Below, piece after piece: positions 1-14,006 of a stretch of DNA of 64,000 nucleotides. The position numbers and the translations under genes were made by a program. The stretch spans positions 6,817,186 through 6,881,185 of the forward strand of contig CM082589.2 in NCBI GenBank assembly GCA_040954595.2, written 5' to 3'. Source of the DNA: Balanoglossus misakiensis (lineage: Eukaryota; Animalia; Hemichordata). Under the pieces are notes generated by a model. That model was not told where the DNA came from and did no database searches. It worked only from the letters and a program-made list of their open reading frames with translations. Numbering within the stretch: position 1 is the stretch's first letter; each line of letters begins with the position of its first letter.

Positions 1-343
1 TTTGGAGATGCAGTGGCGCGTTCGAGATTGGATTTGTGGACAGAGGGGTGGGGGAGGGTGTGGGATTTGGATTATGGGGGTACGGCAGAAGTATGAACAG
101 ATGCGGTACTAGAGTGGTAGGCTGTGACCTTACTAGCCATTGTCCGGGTTTTTTTCAACAATAGCGGTGTAGGGCTGGCTGTCTCCAGGCAAACTCTCTC
201 TTATCCAAATATTGATTCACTGTGTGTACTGTATTGTCAAAGTAGTCCTCGTCAGTAGCTCTTTCCGCCAGTCGGCCACTGTGCAGTGAGCACCGTTACA
301 CGAATCCTCAAAAAACTGCAAAAAATCCCCTCCCCCCTGTCGG

Positions 344-385
344 ATGTTGTTCCACTTTTTAGCGTCCGAACATGCCTCCCTCGCG
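344..385 (+). CDS. eya: Putative first coding exon of Eya ([14 protein letters not shown])
   Basis: ATG at 344 gives 14 codons ending at GCG|gtacgt, a phase-0 donor that joins in frame to the VKRARHES exon at 3948. It lies in the CpG-rich start of the window. The true start could instead be upstream of the window. Confidence 0.5.
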
Positions 386-3300
386 GTACGTCAAACGGTA
401 GGAATTTCTGACTCACATCTGACTGGGTGAAATCTGTAATGTCTTTTTTTTATTCCGACGCTGTTCTTTGTGACTGGAACAGACAAGCCGGGCAGAGAGG
501 AGGAACAAGCGCGGGGGAAAATTGACAACGCTATCGCTGGAGGCCTCTGCTCATCTGGACGGGAGGAATTCTCCGCACAGTCACCCCAAAGGACATACAG
601 ATCCATAATTGATTTTCCTTTGTCGGAGGAAATTACCCCAAAAAATGGAATCCCGAGTTTTTTTTTTGTCTCGCGTACGTCAGATAATTAACATGTGTAC
701 CAGCCATCTCGCCCGTCTTTTTCCCCGCTCCCACCTTTAATTAAAAAAGCACTTTGATACACGTCTTGATAAATGGCAACATTGTAGCAATTGTGATGTA
801 GGCTTTGTGTTACTTAGCGTCCAATAGCAATTCACATGCAACAGAGAAAAAGAACAAAAAGCAGACAAGTTCTTTGTCAAAGTGGCATAAACTCACTCAC
901 TCGCAGATTGCAACTGTTTTACTGAGCCACTTTTTTCATTACTATCTCGTGTGAACATTCGCTGTGTTTTATGGGGAATGAGTACAGAAACTGTTGGGTC
1001 ATATAAATGTGTATAATCTGTTGTTTTATGATGCAGGTTGTAAGAGTAACGAGACATATATGTCATTTGGCTATTTTGAAGAATAGATAGGTCAGCTGAA
1101 CTTTTGTACCCCTACAGTTTTGTTTTCAGGTTGGAAATTTTGTTGACAAATGTACGGTTTGTTCTTAAAAATCTGACTATAAGAGTCTCAGATTTGGGAA
1201 AAGGTGCTCTCTCCAAAATGTGACTACCCTGACTTTAAAAGTATGGATGCAAGGCTGGAGGAAATCTCTGAATAGGGCTTGGAGACTTCACATGTTTCGC
1301 TGGACGCGGTTGTGCTGTGCATAATGAGATTTACATGGACATCAGGTCCAGGGGTCCTTGCATACCGGTATTATTACAAACACATTTCTGGTCGACCTCA
1401 GTATTGCTGATTATCACAGCGCACTGTTGACAAACCCACGCCACCGACGGACCAACGCTTATCTCGCGATCGTATCTCTCTCTTGAATAATAACGAAGAA
1501 GCAACGGCCCCAGCCATTGCCTGGTGGCAAGAGTGTTAGGGCTTGTATACAGCTGGCCCAATTACCCAGCTATTGGTGTCTGCAAGGTGTTTTGTAAGCC
1601 CACTATTTGTCCTTTAAATTGCTTCTTCAACAGTCACAACAAAGCCGTAAAGTGTTTCTTTTTCAAGTCGCGTTGCAAAGTCGCTCCGGGTAGCGTTGGG
1701 ACACTGATCGGCTGCGGCCTTTACTTCATTGTCTTGCCTTATCTCCATCTGCAGCAGTCCGAACACAGTGGAAAATAGATAAACGCTTGGCTGATTCGTA
1801 TGTAGGTCCTGGCCCCTCCTGAATTAAGTTCCCTTTTCTCGCTGTTCCGTTTGACTGCCCAAGCTTTGAGGCTCTGTAAACTATGGAGTGCCCACTCAAA
1901 AAAACTTTGAGGTTTTTTTTTTTTAAATGAAGTCAATGAAGGGGTCTGTGTTCGCCAAAGTTGCTTGTCGTCAAATCATGCATGATACAGAACACACATC
2001 ACGTTAGTTGCTGAAATACCTGCCAGTTCACATGCGGACAATATTCAGCGTATTTGATGAAAACTGCAAAGCTGTTGCTTGAAGAGACTGCTGTCGATAG
2101 AGTGACAACATGCAGGGCTACTGAATGTGTCCACACAATTTGACTACTGCATCTATGACACAGAAAATTGATTCCCCCACTGCGAAGTTTTCATCATCTT
2201 GATCTATATTCTATCATTCTGCCAAGAGTGTTGTCTCTGTTTTTTTTTAATAGTTTGACGAAAAATGTGTTCCAGGACAGAACTGCGTTCTATCAGAGCA
2301 CGTACAGAGCACGTATGTCCTTGTAGTCTGTTCCCCGCCTACATTAGAAATCCACGCTTGTGGCTAAGTCGAGTCTCCACCAAGGCCACAGTATGCATGG
2401 GTAGATAAAAATACACTCACTACAACAGTATTAGTCACTGTAGTGTCCGTTAAAGACACTCTTTAGTAGTCCTGTCAACTGTTGCAGTGTCGCAGATTTT
2501 CTGAAAAGATATTCACCAAAATTCAATTCCATCCATTTGAGGAGTGTAAGAAGAAATTCTAGGGGGAAAAGTGAAATTTTTTGCCGTAGATTTTGGCGGG
2601 AAAATAGTTGACTGTAAGTTAGAAGGGTAAGTGTTGTCTCAAATCTTATCACAACAAATAGGGAGAGTGATATGATTGTTCAAAGGGGACGTTAGACTAC
2701 TGAATAGTTGTGAACTTGTATGAGGACAGTGTTGAAACGGTATTCTGTCATTTTTAGGTTGTTTATAATTCTGAACGGAGATGATATCTGAATATATTCA
2801 GTCCACCTTCGTTGAAAAGAGTAAACTTCTTGTCTGGTGACATTTTGAACATCTCTTGGCATCAGTAGAGTGTGGCATTAAATTCTGAACAGAAATCAAA
2901 AGAAACGGCTGCCATAATTTACGTGGGTAGTAATCAAGCTTTGATCAAGTCAGAATTCGAAAATGTTCAACTGGATTGAGACTGGTTGTTGACATAACGA
3001 CTTTGTTAGTGCGTGTGCGTAGTTTTGGCGGTACTGTCTAATATTGTAGTTCATAGTTATTACTGTTCTCATAAGGAGAATTCACAAAAAAGACTACTCC
3101 ATTCATATCCGTCGATAAATCAATGATGAATTCTGAAGAGTGGGGGGCTCACAGCTGGATATAACGCCCAGAAACCTTCCAATTTCTCGTGCCCAGGCCC
3201 CCAGTCACAATTTTTTAATAATGTTTTCCCCAAGATAAATCGTTACTTGTTGAAAAGAGTCATTTACACAGTGGGCTTCATGGACCTGTCGTCAGATGGG

Positions 3301-6300
3301 CTGTCATTTTGATGTATCAGATTTTTTTTTTTAATTTTGGCAGTTGATGAATTATTAGTATAGAAAATCAATTAGTTTGTGACGCGTAGATGTGTTCATT
3401 TTCACATAGAAACAGTTACTGGCGATACGTTATTTTACTGGTATTTAAGTCACCAGTCAAGTGTTGTTTCAATGTAATAAATTTCACTTTGGCAGTGTTG
3501 GCCATATGCTCGCTCACAAAGGCAGCTTTTCCATCAAACAGCAATTACAGTCATTACTTCATTGATTTCTACCAAAATGTTCTTAATTTGTAATCCTGAG
3601 CTCTCAATTATTTCTGATTTGAAACAAGCTGCAACACGTCAGGCGACTGGACTCACTATTAGAAAAAAAGCAGTTGTTTGCTCTTTGTGACAAAGTATTG
3701 CCCAAACTAAAATTTTGTAAGCAAAAGGTGTGTGTGTGTGATTTTGAGGTTTGTGTGATTTTGAGCAATCCTCAAAAACCCTTGTGTGTAGACGTTGTCA
3801 GCAGAACAGAGAACTAACCTACTTGGCCCAGCAGTGATATGCAGTGACGATGTCCGGTGGAACTTTGACTTCTCCCTGATGACAGTAGTTTTGTTTCCTC
3901 TACAAACTGTATAATAATCACTCATTTTTTCTTCTACTTCCTTGCAGGTAAAAAGAGCTAGGCACGAGAGTGACAGCGTTACAGACAACCATTCTTCTGG
4001 GTCAAGGTAAGTCTGAATATCAAGTCATTTCTAAAATTGTTACTAAAATTGCTAGTCAAAAATGTTAAAGGTCGAATTCAGATACCAAAATGTAGTGACA
4101 GTGGTGAGCAGACGGTTGCCATGGGGATAAGATGGCGTGCCAAAGTCAGCATAGAGACAGTGAAGTGAATGCAAGAAACACCAAAAGTCGAGGAGAAAAA
4201 AGTTGTTCGGTTTATCAGTGTGTACAAATCTTACATGTATAAAGATACCCAACATCTAACCAGACATTTCTGCTGTTGTTTGAACTTTTAATAGTCATCT
4301 TAAAAAATAAAGGCGCCATTTTTTTAAACTGGGAATTTCTATTAAGAAACATAGGGTCAGTTGTGCACAACAATTCTGTTTTCCAAGTTTTAAGGGTTGG
4401 TGGTTATTTTTTGTCTAAAATAAACTTAATGAGGACGCATTTTGAATCATTTTTATTGTAAAATCCTCCACTGGACTAAAAAAAATCTTGTTATTTTGCT
4501 TCTGAAGGTTTACATGTGACTGTCTTATAGTGATTTGCCTCCAGGGATTAATTTTCGTAATGACAATCCAGGGTAGATTTTCCATGTTCGTGACCCAGTG
4601 TGTTCAAAAATCGCTTTTATTTTGCTGATGTTTTCATTTCCTATCCAAAATTGAAGACATGATTAGTGCTGCCTTGTTAACATTAAGATGGCGTACGACA
4701 GATGAAAAAAGAGGACATTTTGGTGAAATTTAGGGAAAAAAGAGGTCATTTTGGTGAAATTTAGTGAAAAAAGAAGACATTTTAGTGAAATTTGGAGAAA
4801 AAAGGGGTCATTTTGGTGAAATTTAGTGAAAAAAGAAGACATTTTAGTGAAATTTAGGGAAAGTCTTCTTAAGGACTATATAAACAGTGGACTTTTTTCA
4901 ATCCTGAAAATTTTGTGAAGTTGTGTAACTCTAAAGTTCTGTGGGAAAAAATCAGCCTACAGTTTATGTAATTACTGGCGTGACCAGCAAATTGGAAGTA
5001 AATCACCAAATTACACATGACAGGAGAATTGTGAGATTCTTATTTGGGGAATAAAAAAATCCACTCGACTTGTAACATAATCCAGTTTGTTCAAGAAAAG
5101 TTGCTATTATCTGAAGAACAACAAATTGCTAAAAAATCTATTGATCCAAAATTACGGTTAGATAAATTTAGTTTCTTAAGGAAACTACCTCATGAGTGTA
5201 TCCGTACTCATTTATATTCTCCTGTTCCGGACATAATGACACATGTACTCTAAACTCGCCAATCGATACTTTTTTGGAAATTGTTTTGGATCTGCGGAGG
5301 GGTGTTGAAATGGGTGTCGGAAGACAATAAATGGCCCCACCGAAAATAACCCAACGTGGGAAAATCGGACCGGTCGCTATTAAACAGCAATAAGACATTC
5401 ATTACGACCCGTGATTTGTGTTCGAAGCCTGACAGCTCAACCGCTGCTAGTAAATCTCTCATCCGTGATTTGTGACCGGCGGTGGAGGTGTGGGTTTATG
5501 TTAAACAAACTGAGATTTAAGTAGCGAGGCGGATATATGACGCTGCCTTGTGTAATGGTTTGCTACTTGGCTGTTTTAGATTTGATTGAAAGGTTTTTAA
5601 CATGCACTGAAGTGTCAGCGTTTTTTTCTGATTCACGAATCACCTGCACCCACCCCAACTCTGGTCTTGCAACCCTTTCACCCCTTCTTTCCTCTAAATG
5701 GAGTCAACCATTGAAATCAAAGGCGATAATCTAGTGGCTGTTGGTTGTGGGGTTAGACTATGGCCATCAGACGACGATAGATACCGCGATATCATGAAGA
5801 TGGTCACATGACGCGTATGGATGTGTGCAAAACAAAGAGGAGAGAAGGAAAAAAAAAACATCACAACTGATGTTACATATAAGCTCATAAGGAGCTTATC
5901 GCATGACAAACTGTACGTGGATTACCAGACGAAAATCAGGTATTCTATCAAGAAGGCAAGGACTGAGGAATTTCCGAAAAATATTCACAGACTCTGAAAA
6001 AAAAGTGGTGTCATGTGCAAATTTTGATTGGAGATACAATTTTTTGTAATTTTAAAATTAAAGATCATCTAAAAATGTGACAAAATACATGTAGGAACAT
6101 GCATGGTAGGTGGGCGAGACATTTTGTGTTGTCAACATGGCTCCTGTTCCAGGAAAAGATCAGAAGGAGAAGGAGAGGCAAGAACAAGCGTTGGATTTTT
6201 AAGATTGAAGGAGATGGTGAATGTTGTTGTGCCCTCAGCTGCTGTGGAAGAGAGGCCAAGAAATATTGGCTGTAATCAGTTGTGGTTGTTTCATTCTCTG

Positions 6301-9300
6301 TGTAGGAAGTGCATTAATCTACGCAGGTAGTTTTTGTGCATTTGGGAATGGTTGCCAGGATACAGCTCTCTCTTCGTCAGGAGAAATGACATACTGGTCA
6401 CGTTGTGTAGACAACGTCATTGTCTCCATCATGTGAGGGGTGCACCGGAACCCCAACATTCCTGAGGGAGTTTAACCTTGAAACCGGAAAAAGGGGCATT
6501 GTCATCTGTGGTGATCTTGTCACTTTTGTCGATGCAGAGGGCAAAATTGCGCTCTTTTGCTCTTGATGAGATGTCTCGCGGTTTGATGTACTACTGGTTG
6601 TTGCCATGGTGAAGATGCGAGTAAATGCCTCGAACAGAGTCGTAACTTGCTTGTAGTGATTTGGCTTATTGTGGAAGACATCAGACCAGGCAGTTTTGCA
6701 TAGTCAGACACAGTGAGTCTAATTGACAGCCAAATTGGAATGATGTTATTTTGTCTATATGTAGAAATGTCGTATCAAGGTGACCTTGCCATTTCTGTGA
6801 TTATTTTGGTCAAATTATCTCACTTATGGACAGTACGATAATTTTGTCATTAAGCTGACAGTGTTATTTTGACATTTCTTGGCGAGGAAGCACCTCTGAT
6901 GAGGATTTTGATTTTACATTTCCTTGAAAGTCACTCTTTGAGTGCAAGCAAACTGACATATGTTTCAAATGAAAACTTTCAAGATTAGGTATGTCAGTTG
7001 GCAAAAAGAAATTTGTTTTCTGGGATTCTTTCTTATTCCTGATTTTGTCTCAAATGCCTCTAAAACTGGCAATGGTTCTTCCACAAGACGTTATCATTTA
7101 TATGTTTCACTGTTCTAATTTTATGCTGGTGCTCATACAAATAACACATTTTCTGTTACTCATGTTGTTTCTATCCAGCTTTATATACAGTTGTTCTTTG
7201 GGTACGTTTTGTCGTCAGAACTGTAGATTTGTTTTTTGCTTGGCCTTACTGTGTACTGCAGCTCTGACAGGGAAAGATGGGAAACAACAGGGTGTATGTT
7301 GGAAGACATGGTCATCAGAATGCATTTTGGGAGATACTGTCGGCCAAGCTCCACCTGGTGAATACATGTACCTGCTGTCGGGAACGACCACTCAAGATGT
7401 GATTTTTGTCAATCTGTGTGTGGTCTCTCGTACCCTAAACACCATCAACAGAATAATGTGCATGATAAGTAAATTCTTATGATGTGGGGGGCACAGGAGT
7501 AGGAGATTGTGAAAAATGCGGGGGGAAAATGGAGATGACAGATTGATCGAGATTCAGCACAGAGTTTTCTGTGTGACAGGTATCAAAAAAAGTCAGTTGT
7601 ATGCATAGCTTTCTGGTCCAGTTAGCAAAGTTGGACAATACCAAAGGCTGAACAGCTCATGCAGAACGACGGTATGAACCGCATTTTTTTTTTATTTCAC
7701 GTGCGAGAGTAAACTTCATAGTTTCCTATGTCTATTTTCTCAGTTGTCTACGCCCAAGATACCTGACAATTCTATCAGGAATCTGAGTTTTTTTCTTTGA
7801 CAGATGGTTAAAATGTGGACAGATATTGGCAACATGATTAATTGATGAATCGAACACTATTTGTAAATATTTGATCAACCGTATGTAGGTGCTGTGTGTT
7901 TTGCTGTATATAACCCCCGGCTGGCTGCATGGGTTTCTCCGTCATCCATGGTTGAATCTCACTCCCAGTTCCTCTGCCACTTTTCCCTTTATCTGCTACA
8001 CATGTGTACATTGCCTCCCTCCCCACTCCCTAAGACCCCTCCCCGGACAGTTAAGCAGAGCCCCCCCCCCCCTCCCTCCTTTGGAGGAAAGTTAAGAGAA
8101 CACAAGATTTCGAGATGCAAGTGGTATCCACTATATACATAGTTCTCTGCTGACAGATTCATACTCCGCCTATGAAAATGTGGGATTTTGGTAATTTGTG
8201 CATGTGCGTGTCTGGGTGTATATGTTCATGCATAAATTTATACAAACGTAAATTGTATATCTCACATTAAAACTAGACACGAGAGTGAAAAACTCTCCAA
8301 AATGAATAATCAGTTTTTACCATTTATTCATTTTGGCGAGATTTTTACTCTCATATCCTACAAACGGGATGGAAGGTGTGTGTGGTTGAATGTTGATTCA
8401 CTATATATCCACATGTAGAATAACGTAAACAGTGTCTTGTATCAAACATAATTAATGGAAAAGGGGCAGCGAGAGAGAGACTTTGTCCCTTTAACTGATC
8501 AACACACTTCCTATGTGTAGTTAGCACTGATCTAGACTGTAATTAAATTGTCAACAGTAACGATTGGCAGATTACATGCTGGTTTAACATTAGTATTAGC
8601 CTTTCATCATGTTGTAGGGAGTAGAACAAAAAAACTGTATGTGATATACAGATCAAAAATACTGTAAAGATTAGCTGATGCTAATGCATTCTTGATAACC
8701 AAAGATGAATTCTGAATTGAAGCTTTTATATCAGAATAGTGGGGTTTTTTTTTTTGCTCCATAAAGCTATCTTCACGGAGACATTACTGTATTTCATTTT
8801 GACACCAAAAGTAATGAAATACAAACGGAATATCCGAAGCCATGGGGCAGATTTTTCCCATTGAGGATAATGTTTTGTCTGGAAGATTCGCACAGGTTAT
8901 AAAATTTCAGTAGATCATACATCATTGACTACCTAGCAGTTTATAGAAAAATTGTTATGTAATTTTAATTTGAGTAACTCGGAAAAATGACATCTGTCTC
9001 ATATTGTGCATTGTCGTCATATGACGTAATGAGCAACAATCTCTCCTCAGCTCATTGGAATTTAATTTTTCTTGAGGGTTTTCTGTTGCCAATGGCAACC
9101 ATCAAAAGGTGCGTAATAAATATACCGACATGTGAACATTTCACGAAAAAAATGTGTCTCCCATGTTTGTAGCGAAAAGCTTTCTGATCGGTTTTTGTGA
9201 TAAAATTTAAAAAATCATAACAAGTTTGTATAATGCTGAAATTAACTCTCAACAAATAAGATATGATTAAATGGCAGTTGCTGACTTGACTTGATGACTG

Positions 9301-12300
9301 TATATATTTTGAGGGAGATGAATAATTCTAGAAAGAAGTTACTGATCAGGTTTAGAGTTTGATGCTGAAGACATCACTATGACAATGAGACATTCATGTA
9401 AATTCCGCATTAAATGATGATGAAGCTTTTTTTAAAAATGTTCTTTTACTGTCAAATATCGATAACAGTTAGATGATTTTTGGAACCAGAAAGGTTATAT
9501 CATGAAATATTTTATTGTACCGTAAAACACTTTATTTTCGCGAGTTGAAATGTTCGCGATATCGAGAGAGGCCACTGTTTCGCGAGCATTAATTTTCGCG
9601 TTCTCTTATTTCATTCACTGCATCGTTATTTTCAAAAAAAATTACGCGACTTTTTATTTTCACGCTATTTTGGCTCTCGCGTATTTCGTAAAAATTTATT
9701 GCTCGCGAAAATAAAGTGTTTTATAGTATTTCACATTCCTGTTGTGTACAGATGTCGTGATGGCAGAATCACAATCTTGCTACATGTCGGTAGGGATTGG
9801 CTGTCAACTCTGCGAGGACCGGGGGCAGACTTTGAACATTTTGCTAGCTTCATGATTTTTTCATTTGCAGTTAAAGACACTGCAGCCTTGAAATGTGTAA
9901 ACCTAGAACAGTGTGTGCAACCGTTTTGCAGTCAGAACATTTTCATGGAAATAATCATCATCAAAAACGTTGAACAGCGAAAAAAAATGTCAATAATGAT
10001 CAAGTTAATGACAAGCAGGGCCACTGTCTTTTTCAAATAACTTCCTCGCAGTTAATTAACTGTAAAGAATAATTAGGTCACCATGGAAACGTTTTGATTA
10101 TTATTCCAATTTAGGCTCGATTTACCAAGTTGCAATTCAATATTCAACGCTGTTCTGGAAATAATTGATGCTGTGTTTCCGTACATAGCTGTAATATTTT
10201 GAATAATAGAAAGATTTTGTAGGATTTATATTTTACTGGTAATCTGTCCTGGAGGCGCACTCTTTCATCGGGTGATGGAAAACAGAAAGTTGCATTTTGC
10301 CCGAGTGCATGATGGGAAATCAAGACTTCTGTCGTAATCGAGTTGGTAGAAGCAACTGTGAAATGTGTACACGTGCAGTTTCACACCAAGTTTAATGTAC
10401 TTGCTGCTGAAACCAGTTGTAATGATCATAGAGTTGCGCTCCAAATGTCTGAAAATATGCGCAACACCTGAAATCTTGGCAATTTTCAGAACCTTGTGGA
10501 TTCGGTGCTGGAGACAGCTCGGTTCGCACAGCTACGTGTCGGTCGTGGTTCAGTACACTGGATGTACAGGCACAGATTGCATCACTGTGTACAGTCCTGT
10601 ACTGGCAGGCTTGATTCAAAAGCCTGTCCAAATGGTCGAAAATTGGTCCCCTTTTCCAGACCCTGTTACAGAAATATTGATCCTTTAATCATATGTTACT
10701 CATACCTGTTGAACCGCCACTTTTTGTCATTTTGTTTGTTTCCTTTTTTACACAAATGAACGTCAATCTCTTAATTGATCACCCACTCTAGGTATTAGGT
10801 ACTCGTACATTTTGATTCTTTCAGCTAACTCAAACATACATGTAGTTTGCTATGACTTTGTAGATATTTTCATAAATTATTCATTACTCGCTTAGATCTT
10901 ATATGCAAGAGTTTATCAGATTTTGAGACAGAATGCATTGTATGAAATGTTAATGATATATGTTCTTACATTGAACCGGGCAGACTTTGTTCTTAGCGTC
11001 TATTCTTGGTCAATATCACAAAGCCAAAAAGCAATGAGTGAGATTGTAAGACTATGTAACCAACGTCTTATTTGGTGTTTATGAGGGATTGCCTCTATTC
11101 TTAAATGTTGTCTTTAAAAAATGAGACATGATATTAAGCCTGAACAAATTATTTTGTCCTAACCTACGGTATACATGCACAGAAAAAGAACATATTTCAT
11201 AACTATTCAATTTTTGGTGTAGTTCTATGGTAATATTCTTGTCAGACTCCCTATAGCCTATGCACTCTGACACCTGTTTCTATCTTGCAGGTCTATGGAA
11301 ATACAGTCCCCTCCCAGTCAAGGGCCAACTGGAAACAATAATTCACCTCAAACAGAGAATACAGACAATACCTCATGTATTAAAACCAATGGAACAGAAG
11401 GTAAGGGCAGAGTTGTAATTTTCATGGGGGGGGGGGGGGGGGCTGTTACCATTACATTCCCCCCCCCCCCAAGAAAATATAAAAAGGTTGTAGGGTGTTC
11501 CTTTCTTGCTCCACATTTTTCTGACTTCTCTCGTTTTGAACTCTAACATGGAAATAAAAATATATATGTGTTTAATTCGAATTTGTTACCCAAAATTATG
11601 GTCTCTCTAATCAATGAAACTATATATAAAACAACCAAAATTTTTTCAAAAGTGGGCCACTTTGTCCCTTTAGAATGCACTTGAATTAAAGAAACATGCC
11701 TCTCTGCTTGAGTTTGCCTCTGGGAATATGATGCACTTTTTTCGATATTAAAAAATGATGACATTGTTTGCCTGTGAGTGTATAATTAGAGCTCTGCCAG
11801 CAAGGAAGAGCGGTTTACCGTGTTACATCAGGATTCCAAACATAAGCAGCTTATCATATAAAAACAGAAATAATTCCCAAATTGATCTCTCCCTGTACAC
11901 ACGGACTCATATCAAAGTCGGTTCAAAATCTGAAGTTGCAGAGACAATAGAGCATCTTTTGAGGTTTTTTCCCAGTTTTTTTGCTGTTTTATTTGGCAAC
12001 TTATCATTTTCTACTCTCTTCCACGCCCAGTTTTGAGAATGTCGCTTTAAAGGTCCACTGGCTCTAACTTTTACACATTTTTTCCAGAATGTCTATTCCG
12101 TATACCAGACAAAATTCTTGTTCTAATCCTTTTATTTTAAATAGGGGTTCTAATTAAAAACTGCAGTTGATCTGGCTAGAACAGTAAATAAAAATTGTCA
12201 AAGTCAATTGAACTTTAAAGGGCAAAGTGGCTTCACTTTGACATTATTTTGGTTATTTTAGTTTCTTTCGGTAAATTATTTATGATGTTTGCTAACTGAA

Positions 12301-13951
12301 ATGTGATGATTAAACTCAGCTCACATTTTGTATGTGAGCTTGACATGTGATCACTGTTGCCATTCCTTTTATGGTGCTGACCAAAAAATAAAATTCATGT
12401 GTTTTTAACATTGTACAGGGTGATGGTGATATAATTTGTATCATATCTGCAGAAACATCTGGAAGAGATAATGGTTGGCATATGTAATTTATTTCTGCAG
12501 GTAACCGGGGTACTTTGTCAAGTTCCAGCGATAGCTCTGTACTCCAAACTCCTGAAAACTGGACTTCAGTCCAAAGTACAACTTCAAGTAAGTATCCACT
12601 CATTTTGTTAAAACGAAAAATCTCTTATTTTTTTTTGCAATTAAATATTGAAATTGAAAAAGTCATACATGGACATAGAATGTATGTTAACCTGTTTAGT
12701 CATGTTGATATTTCTGTGAAATAATTTATGCATGATTTTAATGGTTTTCTATGTGTAATATGTACAATGCATACTTTTAATATTAAGTTGGTTTTAGTGT
12801 GAAATATACGGACAAGCTACAGAAATGTGTGTGACCAAATTTCAGAGACTTGGGATGACTTTTAACCTTCCATAGAAATGTTGAACAATCTATATTTTCT
12901 GGGGTTTGCTCATTCAGTGAGTGTCGAATAAAATTTTCAGACAGTGCCCAAGTACCGAAATATTTGTGAAGGACACCGGTCTGTAAAGGGCTTCATTTGA
13001 GTGTCTACGTTACGAGGGCCTATCAAAGTCAGCGTGACCCTCTCTGACCTTTTAAAGTGGGGGTACAACTCCGATGATGATGTTGTTGTCAGGTAGAGGT
13101 CAGGGGTCACCTTGAGCAATCAGAGGTGAAGCGAATAAAATTCTCCTCCGTGTTTTATGTTGGTTGGCCGTGTCAAACAAAAACATCATTGTTATTGGTC
13201 TGTCTCCATTCTACTTTAGTCATTTGCCTGTTTAAATTCCGATTAATGTCATTTAGGAGTCTTTCCGAGTGTTTGATGTTTTCCATATGTCTGTGCTTTC
13301 GTCCCTGTCTGTCGCCTCCCTCTTGTTGAAGCAAAAAAGCCAAACTGGAGGATTTTGTGAAATTGAAATTGAGACTATTCCATTGCAAGAGAGGGAAAGT
13401 TGACCACAACATATGGACGAGAAAATTACTTGCGTGGGTGACTCCTTAATAAGTCAGTAACTGGCAAAAAAAACAACAACATTCATGCCTCATTTTTAGA
13501 AGTAAAATCTCAGCCTCTGAAATTTTGTCCCAAACATGGAAGGTACCACTGTAAAAGAGGGAGAGGAAGCTAAAAAGAGGGACATAACTGTAATAACTTT
13601 ATCAGTATGTTCGGCTCTCCAACAAATCCACCTGCTTTTTGAAAGTGGTAAACACCAACCATAGGGGACCCTTCCTGCATCATGCCCCCCCCCCCCCAAA
13701 AGCCAGGAAAGCGCCATTAGAAGGGAGGGGGGACTGAGGTCTGAAAATATGGGCATTAATATAATTTGTTGGTGTGTTTCTGCAGCAGTAAAAACTGAAC
13801 CTATAGTTAATGATTCAGTGCCAACAGATACAAACTTCACTGGAAGCACCACATCAGCCATTGATAATTATACAGGTTAGTAATATTTAGTTTAAACTTT
13901 TGAGAGAGAATGTTTTCCTGTAATAATATACATTACTATTTGTGTGTGTGC

Positions 13952-14006
<55 letters not shown>

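Noticed and set aside
6991-7482. 163-aa ORF in Eya intron 2, and the similar 162-aa ORF at 20281-20769
   Set aside because: Composition is F/L/I/C-rich as expected of AT-rich noncoding DNA. There is no domain and no fit to the Eya splice phases.
10643-10653. miR-133-like 11-mer TTGGTCCCCTT
   Set aside because: The match stops at 11 nt and there is no proper precursor stem.
12047-12219. Possible TTAA-flanked element with degenerate inverted ends
   Set aside because: The terminal repeats are too mismatched, and there is no second copy in the window.
12453-12500. Upstream alternative acceptor or 21-nt microexon before Eya exon 4
   Set aside because: The extension contains an in-frame TAA, and the microexon model leaves only a 27-nt intron.
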